Source: an uncultured Gammaproteobacteria bacterium
GTDB lineage: Bacteria; Patescibacteriota; Patescibacteriia; UBA1558; S5-K13
DNA: 64,000 nucleotides
Direction of reading: 5' to 3'
Assembly: GCA_964424195.1 (NCBI GenBank)
Contig: CAYRHT010000001.1
Span: 70,102 to 134,101 of the forward strand
The position numbers and the translations under genes were made by a program. Of this stretch, positions 27,773 to 37,300 are shown piece by piece; positions within the stretch are counted from its first letter, which is position 1; the number at the start of each line of letters is the position of its first letter. The notes beneath the pieces were generated by a model. The model did not search any database. It was not told where the DNA came from and was given only the letters and a program-made list of their open reading frames with translations.

Positions 27773-30700
27773 ATGGATTTAGCATATAATCATCAAGATA
27801 TAGAGCCGAAATGGCAAAAAAAATGGGAAGATTCTCATGTTTTTAGAGCTAATGATAAATCTAAAAAAGAAAAAAAATATGTTTTAGATATGTTTCCTTA
27901 TCCTTCTGGAGCTGGATTACATGTTGGTCATCCCGAAGGCTATACAGCTACTGATATTTATTCTCGTTATTTAAGAATGAAGGGCTATGAAGTAATTCAT
28001 CCTTTAGGATGGGATGCTTTTGGTTTGCCTGCTGAAAACTATGCAATTAAGATTGGAGTTCATCCTCAAAAGAGCACTCAAGAAAATATTGCTAATTTTA
28101 CTAAACAAATAAAGAGTTTAGGTTTTTCCTATGATTGGGAAAGAGAAATAAATACTTCTGATCCAAGTTACTACAAGTGGTCTCAATGGTTTTTCTTACT
28201 CTTATACAAAAATAACTTAGCCTATCAGAAAAAAGCCCCAGTTAATTGGTGTGAATCTTGTCAGACTGTTTTAGCCAATGAACAAGTAGTCGATGGAAAA
28301 TGTGAGCGTTGTCAGAGTGAAGTTATTCAAAAAGATTTAAAACAATGGTTTTTTAAGGTAACTGAATATGCTGATGAGTTAATTAATGGTTTAGATAAAT
28401 TAGAATGGTCTCATGCTTTGAAAACTATGCAAAAAAATTGGATTGGAAAGTCAGAAGGAGCTGAAATTGATTTTCAAATTAAATCTACAAAATTAAAAGT
28501 CACAGAGTTTAAGAAAATATATTTTGCAACAGGGAATAAATCTAAATTAAAAAGATTACAAAAATTATTTAAAAAAATTAACCCCAAAATTAAAATTGAA
28601 CAAGTTCCTGATTATGTGGATGTAGTAGAAGATGGAAAAGATGCTTGGGAAAATTCATTAAAGAAAGCAAAGCCTTATCAAGGAAAATATGATCTACCAG
28701 TTTTGTCTATGGACACTGCTGTTTTCTTTAGTAATGAAGATAAGGTTGATCCTTTAGCTCCTAAAAGGTCTTGTTTAGGGGGAGTTGATGAAAAAGATTT
28801 AAGCCAAGAAGAAATTGCAGAAAAAGCCTTAGAATTTTACAAAAGCATTGCTCAGAAAAATGGTGGAGAAAAAGAATTCTATTATGAAGATTTCTGGACA
28901 ATTTTGTATCCTAATGGAGAATATCAACAAAGTAAAAATAGGAGAGAATATATTTTAACTGATCAGGAAGCTGGTGATTTAGATATCTATTTCCCAATGA
29001 AAAATTTATATTATTCAAAAGTTAGCGGAAAGAGATTTTTTGAAAATACTAATGAAGATTATTTTAAAGAATTTGCATCTCAGATTAATGCTTTGAAAGA
29101 ATTGGTTTTAGCAAAGACTATTAAAGTTTTTACAACTCGACCAGATACTTTGTATGGAGCAACGTATATGGTTTTAGCTCCGGAACATAAATTAGTTCAA
29201 GATTTAAAGAGTCAAATTGAGAATTTTGATGAAGTAGAAAAATATATTGAAACTACTAAGAAAAAAAGTGACTTAGAAAGAACAGATTTGAATAAAAATA
29301 AGAGTGGAGTGGAATTAAAAGGTTTAAAAGCTATTAATCCAGTTAATAATCAAGAATTACCAGTATATATTTCTGATTATGTTTTAGCTAGCTATGGAAC
29401 GGGAGCAATTATGTGTGTGCCAGCTCATGATCAGCGAGATTTTGAATTTGCTCAGAAATTTAAGCTACCAATTATTGATGTAGTTAAATCTGAACGAAAA
29501 ACTAAAGTTTTAATTGTTCATGGATTTATGGCAAATAGTAAGAGTGATTGGTTTCCGTGGCTTAAAAAAGAATTAGAGCAAAAGAATTACGAAGTTGTAA
29601 CTCCTGATATGCCAAATACAGAGCATCCAATTCGAAAAGATTGGCTAAAGAGTTTGGAGACTATAATTAATGATTTTACAGAAAATGATATTGTTATTGG
29701 TCATAGTATGGGAGCTTTTGCAGCTCAATATTTAGCTCAAAAAACTAAAATTAATAAATTATTTTTGATTGCTCCGGTTTCTGAATTCATGGTTAATGAT
29801 GAAACTAGAGTAGAGAGTATTAAAAATACTTTTACAGAAGAACAGATAGAAATATTAAGAAAGTTTACAGATTATAAATTAGATTATCAGAGTATTAATG
29901 CCAATGTAGAGAAAATTTATGCTTATTTCTCAGACGATGATCCATATACCTCTACTAAACAGCAAGAACAATTAACAAAAAAATTACCAGGTAAATATAT
30001 GGTTTTGAATAAAAAAGGTCATATTAATGTTAGTGATAGTAGAACCAGTGTTTCAGAATTACCAGAAATTATTCCAGACATCGAAGAAAAGATTAGAGCT
30101 ACAGAAGCTAATGGTTTAATGGAGAATTCCGAAGAATTCAGTGGTATGGACTCTGAAAAAGCCAAGAAAAAAATTACTAAAAAAGCTGACGGTGAATTAA
30201 CTACTCAATACAAGATTAGAGACTGGTTAGTTTCTCGACAAAGATATTGGGGAGCTCCAATTCCAATTATTCATTGTTCTAAATGTGGTTCAATTCCGGT
30301 TCCAGAAAAAGACTTACCAGTTCTTTTACCTAATGATGTAAAAGATTTTAGACCAACTGGACAACCACCACTAGCTTCATCCAAAGAATTTAATAAAAAT
30401 GTAAAATGCCCTAAATGTGGAGCTAATGCTACTCGAGAACATGATACTATGGATGGTTTTGTGGATAATTCTTGGTACTATTATCGTTATTTAGATCCTA
30501 AAAATGAAAAGGAATTTTGTTCTAAGAAATTAATTAAAGAATGGATGCCTGTAGAAACCTATGTAGGTGGAACTGAACATGCTGTTGGTCATTTAATCTA
30601 TTCTAGATTTTTTACTAAAGTTTTAAGGGATAATGGTTACTTAAAATTTGATGAACCATTTTTAAAATTAATTAATCAAGGATTAATTTTAGGAACTGAT

Positions 30701-31378
30701 GGACAAAAGATGAGTAAGAGTTTAGGAAATGTGGTAAATCCTGATGAAGTAGTTAAAGAATATGGAGCTGATAGTTTTAGAATGTATGAAATGTTTATGG
30801 GTCCTTTAGAAGATTCTAAACCTTGGAATACGGATGGCATTAAAGGTTTAAGAAGGTTTTTAGACAAGAATTGGAATTATTTTTCAAATATTAGTTATGG
30901 AGAAGACTCTAATAATCAAGTAAATTCAAGTTTGCATAAAACTATTAAAAAAGTTAGTGAAGATATTCAAAACTTTAGATTTAATACAGCTATTAGTTCT
31001 CTAATGGTTTGTTTTAAAGAGGTTAATTCTTTAACCAATCCTCGGCCGGAGTTAATAAATCCATATTTAATTATGCTTTCTACTCTAGCTCCTCATATTG
31101 GAGAGGAGATTTGGAGTAAGTTAGGAAATAAAGGGTTTATTTGTCAGCAAGAATGGCCTCAGTATGACGAGAAGTTAATTGTTGAAGATAAAATAAATTT
31201 ACCAATTCAAATCAATGGAAAATTACGAGCTACTCTAGAAATAGAAGTAGATATTTCTGAAGATGCTTTGAAAAAACAGATTTTAGAATTAGAAAATTTA
31301 AATAAATATATTGAAGGTAAGGAAATTATTAAATTTATTTATATTAAGAATAAAATTGTTAATATTGTTATAAAATAA
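27773..31378 (+). CDS. leuS: Leucine--tRNA ligase with two inserted enzyme domains
   Basis: MFPYPSGAGLHVGH, TTRPDT, GTGAIMCVPAHDQRD, WLVSRQRYWG, KMSKS; Ham1-like insert ~28490-29115 and alpha/beta-hydrolase insert ~29490-30090. Confidence 0.97.
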   Translation: MDLAYNHQDIEPKWQKKWEDSHVFRANDKSKKEKKYVLDMFPYPSGAGLHVGHPEGYTATDIYSRYLRMKGYEVIHPLGWDAFGLPAENYAIKIGVHPQKSTQENIANFTKQIKSLGFSYDWEREINTSDPSYYKWSQWFFLLLYKNNLAYQKKAPVNWCESCQTVLANEQVVDGKCERCQSEVIQKDLKQWFFKVTEYADELINGLDKLEWSHALKTMQKNWIGKSEGAEIDFQIKSTKLKVTEFKKIYFATGNKSKLKRLQKLFKKINPKIKIEQVPDYVDVVEDGKDAWENSLKKAKPYQGKYDLPVLSMDTAVFFSNEDKVDPLAPKRSCLGGVDEKDLSQEEIAEKALEFYKSIAQKNGGEKEFYYEDFWTILYPNGEYQQSKNRREYILTDQEAGDLDIYFPMKNLYYSKVSGKRFFENTNEDYFKEFASQINALKELVLAKTIKVFTTRPDTLYGATYMVLAPEHKLVQDLKSQIENFDEVEKYIETTKKKSDLERTDLNKNKSGVELKGLKAINPVNNQELPVYISDYVLASYGTGAIMCVPAHDQRDFEFAQKFKLPIIDVVKSERKTKVLIVHGFMANSKSDWFPWLKKELEQKNYEVVTPDMPNTEHPIRKDWLKSLETIINDFTENDIVIGHSMGAFAAQYLAQKTKINKLFLIAPVSEFMVNDETRVESIKNTFTEEQIEILRKFTDYKLDYQSINANVEKIYAYFSDDDPYTSTKQQEQLTKKLPGKYMVLNKKGHINVSDSRTSVSELPEIIPDIEEKIRATEANGLMENSEEFSGMDSEKAKKKITKKADGELTTQYKIRDWLVSRQRYWGAPIPIIHCSKCGSIPVPEKDLPVLLPNDVKDFRPTGQPPLASSKEFNKNVKCPKCGANATREHDTMDGFVDNSWYYYRYLDPKNEKEFCSKKLIKEWMPVETYVGGTEHAVGHLIYSRFFTKVLRDNGYLKFDEPFLKLINQGLILGTDGQKMSKSLGNVVNPDEVVKEYGADSFRMYEMFMGPLEDSKPWNTDGIKGLRRFLDKNWNYFSNISYGEDSNNQVNSSLHKTIKKVSEDIQNFRFNTAISSLMVCFKEVNSLTNPRPELINPYLIMLSTLAPHIGEEIWSKLGNKGFICQQEWPQYDEKLIVEDKINLPIQINGKLRATLEIEVDISEDALKKQILELENLNKYIEGKEIIKFIYIKNKIVNIVIK

Positions 31379-31389
31379 AAATAAAAAAT

Positions 31390-32616
31390 ATGCCAGAACA
31401 ACCAAAGCCAATTGAAACTAAGAAGAGGTTTCCTAAATTACCAAAGTTTATTAGAACCTTTTTACCTCATAAAATGAAAAGACAAGTAAAAGAATTATTT
31501 GTAGCAAGTATTATTGTTAATTTTGCTTTAGCAATGGTTCAAATCTTTGAACCAATCTATTTATATCAAATGGGCTATTCTTTAACTAAGATTGCTCTTT
31601 TTTATTTAGTAGTTTATGCTCTATATTTTTTCTTAATTCCTTTTGGAGCTAAATTTGCTAATCGTTATGGTTATGAAAATGGAATGCTTCTAGGTTCTGC
31701 CTTATACGTAGTTTTCTACATCTCTTTATTCTTAATTCCTCAATTCCCATTTTTGTTTTTTGTTTCTGCTGTAATTTACACTCTCCAAAAGATATTTTAT
31801 TGGCCAGCTTTTCATGCTGATTTTGCTCACAATTCAGAAGATAGTGAAGAAGCACGAGAAATTAGTTCCATTAGCGTTTCCAATGCTATTATGTTTATTT
31901 TAGGACCAATAATTGGTGGTTTAATTATTACTTACTTTGGTTTTGCAGCTTTGTTTTTAATAGTATCTGTTTTATGTTTAGTTTCTAATATCCCAATGCT
32001 CTTAACTAAAGAAGATTTTGATATTCGAACTTATGCCTATATCCGTGTTTTTGATATCTTTAGAAAGGGCAATATTAGAAGCCTTTTTGCTTGTATTGGT
32101 TATGCCGAGGAATTAATTGTGATGGTAATTTGGCCGATATTTATGTCAGTAGTGATTATTAGTTATTCAAGAATTGGTGCTCTAGTTGGTTTAGCTACTG
32201 GTATTACTTTGCTTGTTACTTTGTATGTTGGAAGAATGTGTGATCGAAGAGACAAAACAAAGATTTTGAAATTTGGTTCTATTATCTATGCTTTAAGTTG
32301 GTTAATTAGGATTTTTACTAAAGCTCTAACACCAATATTTTTGATTGATACTACTTCGAAGATTTCTAAAACTACTATTGATGTTCCAATCCGAGCTTTA
32401 TTTTACGAAAAAGCTAAAGCTGGTAGAAAGAAAAACAATAATGGTATTATGGAGAATGTTGTTAATTATGAAGCTGGTTTAGTTATTGGTAAAGTACTAG
32501 CTTGTCTATTTATAATTGGAACAATTGCAATCTTCTCTTTAGAAGATGCTGGAGGATTTACAGCTAGTTTTATTTTCGCTGCTCTAGCTTCCTTACTTTA
32601 TATGTTATACAAATAG
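31390..32616 (+). CDS. MFS transporter
   Basis: About 12 hydrophobic segments; G.K.ANRYG and GRMCDRR MFS motif A-like loops. Confidence 0.85.
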   Translation: MPEQPKPIETKKRFPKLPKFIRTFLPHKMKRQVKELFVASIIVNFALAMVQIFEPIYLYQMGYSLTKIALFYLVVYALYFFLIPFGAKFANRYGYENGMLLGSALYVVFYISLFLIPQFPFLFFVSAVIYTLQKIFYWPAFHADFAHNSEDSEEAREISSISVSNAIMFILGPIIGGLIITYFGFAALFLIVSVLCLVSNIPMLLTKEDFDIRTYAYIRVFDIFRKGNIRSLFACIGYAEELIVMVIWPIFMSVVIISYSRIGALVGLATGITLLVTLYVGRMCDRRDKTKILKFGSIIYALSWLIRIFTKALTPIFLIDTTSKISKTTIDVPIRALFYEKAKAGRKKNNNGIMENVVNYEAGLVIGKVLACLFIIGTIAIFSLEDAGGFTASFIFAALASLLYMLYK

Positions 32617-33432
32617 ATGTCTCTTTTAGAAGAAACAAAATTTTTCTTAAAACAGAATAATATTTTGCCTAGTAAATCAAGAGGGCAGAATTTTTTAATT
32701 TCTGAAGATGTTTTAGAAAATATTATATCTTCAGCAAATTTAAAGTCCGGAGAAAATGTTTTAGAGATTGGTCCCGGAATTGGAACATTGACCAGAGCTT
32801 TGATAAGAGAAAATGTAAATTTAAAAGTTATTGAATTGGATAAAGAATTAGTTAAAGTTTTGGAACCTCTAGCAAAATTAAATAATTTTGAAATAATTTT
32901 TAATGATGTTTTAAAGATTAATCTAGAAAAGATTTTAGCAATTGATTTTTTAAAAAATTACAAAATTGTTTCAAATTTACCATATAATATTACTTCTCGT
33001 TTTTTAAGAATTTTTTTAGAACATCAATATCCACCGCAAGAAATGGTGTTAATGTTACAAAAAGAAGTGGCGGAGAGGATAATAAACAAAGATGGTAAAT
33101 GGTCTAAATTATCAGTGATGTGTAATTTCTATGCTACTCCTGAATACCTATTTACAGTCTCTAAAAGTAGTTTTTTACCAGAACCTAAAGTAGAATCAGC
33201 AGTGATTAAATTTAAAATTAAAACTCCTCCTCAGATTGATCAGCAGAAATTCTGGCAATTGGTTAAGGTAGGTTTTTCTTCTAAACGAAGGACTTTAATT
33301 AATAATTTAGCTAGTGGTTTAAAAATTGAAAAAGAGAAAGCTAAAGAGATTTTAGAAAACGTTGGTCTAGATCAGAAAATTAGAGCGGAAAAGTTAGAAA
33401 TAGAGGATTGGATTAATTTGTCATCTGGATAA
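32617..33432 (+). CDS. rsmA: 16S rRNA dimethyladenosine transferase
   Basis: GQNFL, VLEIGPGIG, SNLPYNIT, MLQKEVAERI, PKVESA. Confidence 0.97.
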   Translation: MSLLEETKFFLKQNNILPSKSRGQNFLISEDVLENIISSANLKSGENVLEIGPGIGTLTRALIRENVNLKVIELDKELVKVLEPLAKLNNFEIIFNDVLKINLEKILAIDFLKNYKIVSNLPYNITSRFLRIFLEHQYPPQEMVLMLQKEVAERIINKDGKWSKLSVMCNFYATPEYLFTVSKSSFLPEPKVESAVIKFKIKTPPQIDQQKFWQLVKVGFSSKRRTLINNLASGLKIEKEKAKEILENVGLDQKIRAEKLEIEDWINLSSG

Positions 33433-33507
33433 AAAGTTAGTATAATTAATATACAATATTATTAAGTCTAACTTGGTTTGGAGTTATTTATTTAGTTAAA
33501 TTAATAT

Positions 33508-34314
33508 ATGAGTGATTCATTTTTTAAAAACGATTTAGAGTCAGAAGAAGCTTCTTTAGAAGAGAGTGTTGAGGGCCAGGATAAGAAATTATTTTCTAAA
33601 ATAAATAATCGTTTTTCTGATGATAAAAAGAATGCAAAAATAATAATTTTTGTTGGTGTTTTAGCTTTAGTTTTAGGTGCTTGGCATTTATTATCAGAAG
33701 TTAAAAATGCCTTTGTATTTTCACCACTTGTTTTAGAGGATAAGACAGATGTTATTGATGGTTTGAATAGAATTAAGGACACAGATGGTGATGGCATATC
33801 AGATTATGATGAAAAATATATTTATAGTACTAGTCCTTATTTAGCAGACACTGATAGTGATGGCATCTCAGACTATGATGAAATTATGGCTGGACAAGCT
33901 CCATTATGTGTAGGAAATACTTGTGCAGATAACTTAGAAGAGAACTTTAATTCAGAATCTTCTGAAGTTGAAAATGGAAAATTGATGAATTTAGAAGAAT
34001 TGAAAGATTATTTAGTTGAAGCTGGTTATCCAGAATCAGAAGTTAATAAATTAAGTGAAGAAGATTTAAAATTGATTTATGCAGAAGTAGAAAAATCAGT
34101 GGGTAATGAAGAATATACTTATTCTGATATAGAGACAGATCAATCTGCTAGTGGAGAATCTCCTTCAGCAGAACAATTAGAACAATTGCAGAATTTACCA
34201 ATTGAGCAAATTAAAGAACTTTTAGTTCAAGGTGGAGCAACAATGGAACAATTGAATTCTATCTCCGAAGGAGAATTAAGAGGATTATATTTAGAAGCTT
34301 TAAAAAGCTTATAG
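33508..34314 (+). CDS. Membrane-anchored protein with TSP3-like Ca-binding repeats
   Basis: One TM; DTDGDGISDYDE and DTDSDGISDYDE; acidic helical C-terminus. Confidence 0.8.
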   Translation: MSDSFFKNDLESEEASLEESVEGQDKKLFSKINNRFSDDKKNAKIIIFVGVLALVLGAWHLLSEVKNAFVFSPLVLEDKTDVIDGLNRIKDTDGDGISDYDEKYIYSTSPYLADTDSDGISDYDEIMAGQAPLCVGNTCADNLEENFNSESSEVENGKLMNLEELKDYLVEAGYPESEVNKLSEEDLKLIYAEVEKSVGNEEYTYSDIETDQSASGESPSAEQLEQLQNLPIEQIKELLVQGGATMEQLNSISEGELRGLYLEALKSL

Positions 34315-34345
34315 TAAAGTTAGTCTTTAAAAATAAAAATTTAGT

Positions 34346-37300
34346 ATGACTCTAGCTAAAAACAAAAAGATATTTATTATTACATTTTTAATAGTTTTTT
34401 TATTTACAGCTAGTATTGGGGGTCTTACTTCTAAAAATGTTAAAGCTCAATTATTGCCAATGCCAGTTATAGATTGGACACCAGCAAAAGTAATAGTGGC
34501 AGATATTCCAGCAGAAACTCATTGGTGGGCAGATGTTGTTAGTTGGATCAAAGAAAAGAGTTTTACTAAAATTATAGCAAATGCTTTTAGTAGGACTTTT
34601 CAAAGGTATATGGAAACTTTGGCATATAATAGTGCTAGTTTTTTAGCAGGAGGTATTGAGGGTGGAAAAAGTGCTTGGAGTACTGATAATTGGAATTCAT
34701 ATATGGTGGATGCTAGGGATGCTGCTACAGCTGAATTTTTGGATTCTTTAGCTAGTGGTTATGATTTTGATATTTGTAAACCACCTGGTGGAATTAATAT
34801 CCAAAATAAAGTTAATTTGATTATATCAACTAATGAGGATAAAAGAGAACCAAGATGTTCTTTGAATGATATAAAAAAGAAATGGGGAGATTTAGGAGAG
34901 AAGCTTCAAAATGATCCTTTGACTTTAATGAAAATAAATAATCAATCTTTGAAAGAATTGGGTTTTGATAAGTTTACTTCTGGTTCAATGCCAACTCTTG
35001 ATGATTTTAATGAAGTTAGAGCTAAACTTTTACAAAGCAGTATTAATATCAAAGAATCAGATTTAGGATATATTCAAGAGGTTGAAAATGAACTTGCCCG
35101 ACAACAACAATTAAAAGAAGAAATGGCGGAAAAGGAAAGAATTAATCCAGACGGTTCAAAACCGAAGAGAAATCCAATAACCGGAGATGTAATTGTTCCA
35201 GCAGAGGTTGCTAAAGGTGACTTAGGAACAGTATGGAATACTTCTAAAGAATCAGCAGCGACTTTAAGTGATGATCCTGTAGTTAATATAGCAAATATAT
35301 TTTTAAATACCTTAGTAAGTAAAAGTTTAAGAGGCTTAATAAATAGATTATTTATTCCAAAGCCTCCTCAATATGATGAAGTTACTGAAGACAGAGGTTT
35401 AATATCTAATTTTAATAGAGAAGTTAATATTGTTGAAAAGACCTTTGCTCAAATTAAAAAGATTTCTTATAACATCAACTTGACTGATATAGATGTGATT
35501 GCTGAAATGGAAATGGATTTAGGTAATGATCTTCCTGGAATAATGAATAATAAGACTATTAGTTCTGATTTTGCTGAAGCTTTAAGAAAAGCTCAAGCTG
35601 GAGAAGTTCTTACTTTAAAAGAAGCTATTGAAGAAAATCTAGTAGATCAGAATAAATGGTTTGGATATATTGATGTAGCTAGTCAAAATCCTAAGCAACC
35701 TAGTGTAGTTGAAGGATTTTCGGCTGATAATATTAAAAAATTAGTTAAGAATAGGGTTGTTTCTGTGGGTTGGCTTTTTGCAGCTGAAAAAATAAAAGAA
35801 CTTAAGGGACAAATAATTAGAGGTTGTAGTTCCCAAGGATGTACCTTAGAAAATGTTTTAGAAGAATATGATAAATCTGGAACTTATAATGTTCTTGAGA
35901 ATGAAGGAGAAGACCCTCAAATTTATAAAAATGAATATTGTGGTTGGCGATCAATTAATGCTGAACCATATTTTATAGATATTAATAATGCTAATGATTG
36001 TGAATTAAATGAAGCTGGTCAGTTTAATGGAATTAGTGGTATAGAATTGAAATGGTCAGGGGCTAGTGATTCTATTTCTGGTAAATGTTACAGATATGAA
36101 GATCTTAATGGCGATAGTATTATTGATGAGATTAGTTTAGAGGCTGAAAATCGAGAAACTTGTGAAACTCTTGAGCCATCATTTGAACCAGAAGTTAATG
36201 GTTTAGGTGGATATTATTATTACGAATGGGAACCAGGTGGATGTCTAATTAAAGAATTAGACGAATCACCTTTATGTCATTTAGTTGATCCAAATACTGT
36301 TTTGAAAGCTCCGGCTCAACAATGTGGAGCAGAAGGTTATTATAGTATCCTAGAAACTAGAAATACTGGTAGTCGTCAGGAAGATTGTGCTGATGTTAAA
36401 CATTGTATTGAAGAAGATGATGATGGAAGATGTGTTGGTGGTTATGATTATTGTGTTAAAGAAGAAAACATTTGGCGTTTTAATGGCGATTCTTGTAGCA
36501 AGCAATTTAATTCTTGTACTACTTTAATTGATGATCAAGGACAACGAGAATCTTACTTAATAGATACTTTAAGAGATTGTCCTCAAGAAGAAGTGGGCTG
36601 TCGGGACTATATTTTTGAAAAAGAACTTATAGATGATCAATATGTTTGGGATAATGATGCTCCAAAAGCTTATTTCAATTCTTCAGTAGAAGAATGTAAT
36701 GACAATGCTTTAGGATGTAATGAATTTATCCAGATTAAACCGGGAGTTAATTTAATAGCTAACGGCAGTTTTGAAATTAATGAGGGACCAGAAGATGAGA
36801 AACCAGATTTTTGGAATTTAAATAATGGGAGGTTTAGTTTAGAAAGAGATGCTTATTTAGGAAACTATTCTTTAAAACATATTGGCGGAAATGAAGATTT
36901 ATTATCAAAAGAAAATCTTTTAATTCCTGATAAAGGTTTATACACTTTAAGTTATTATGTTCGAGCTGAAGATTCAGATGTTCAAGTAAAACCTAAGCTT
37001 TTAGTTGCTAACCAAAATGGTGTAACTATCCCATTGTCTAATGAAGATGCTATATTTAATCCTGGAGAAGTAATTAATAATTGGCAAAGAGTTTCTGGAC
37101 ATTTTTCAATTCCAGAAAATCAAAATGTTATTAGTGTTGATTTAATATTTCAAATTAAAGGTGATGTTTATTTAGACGGTGTTCAATTAGAATTGAATGA
37201 GCTGGTAGATAGTGATCTTAATGAAGGAGAAGGAGATACAACTACTTATCAAGAATATGGACAAGTATCTCAAGCTTATTTTAAAAAAGCTCCAGATTAT

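Noticed and set aside
4145-30090. Inteins or self-splicing introns as the explanation for the synthetase insertions
   Set aside because: No Cys/Ser...His-Asn intein ends, no homing endonuclease motifs and no stops or evident intron structure; the inserts are ordinary enzyme folds in frame.
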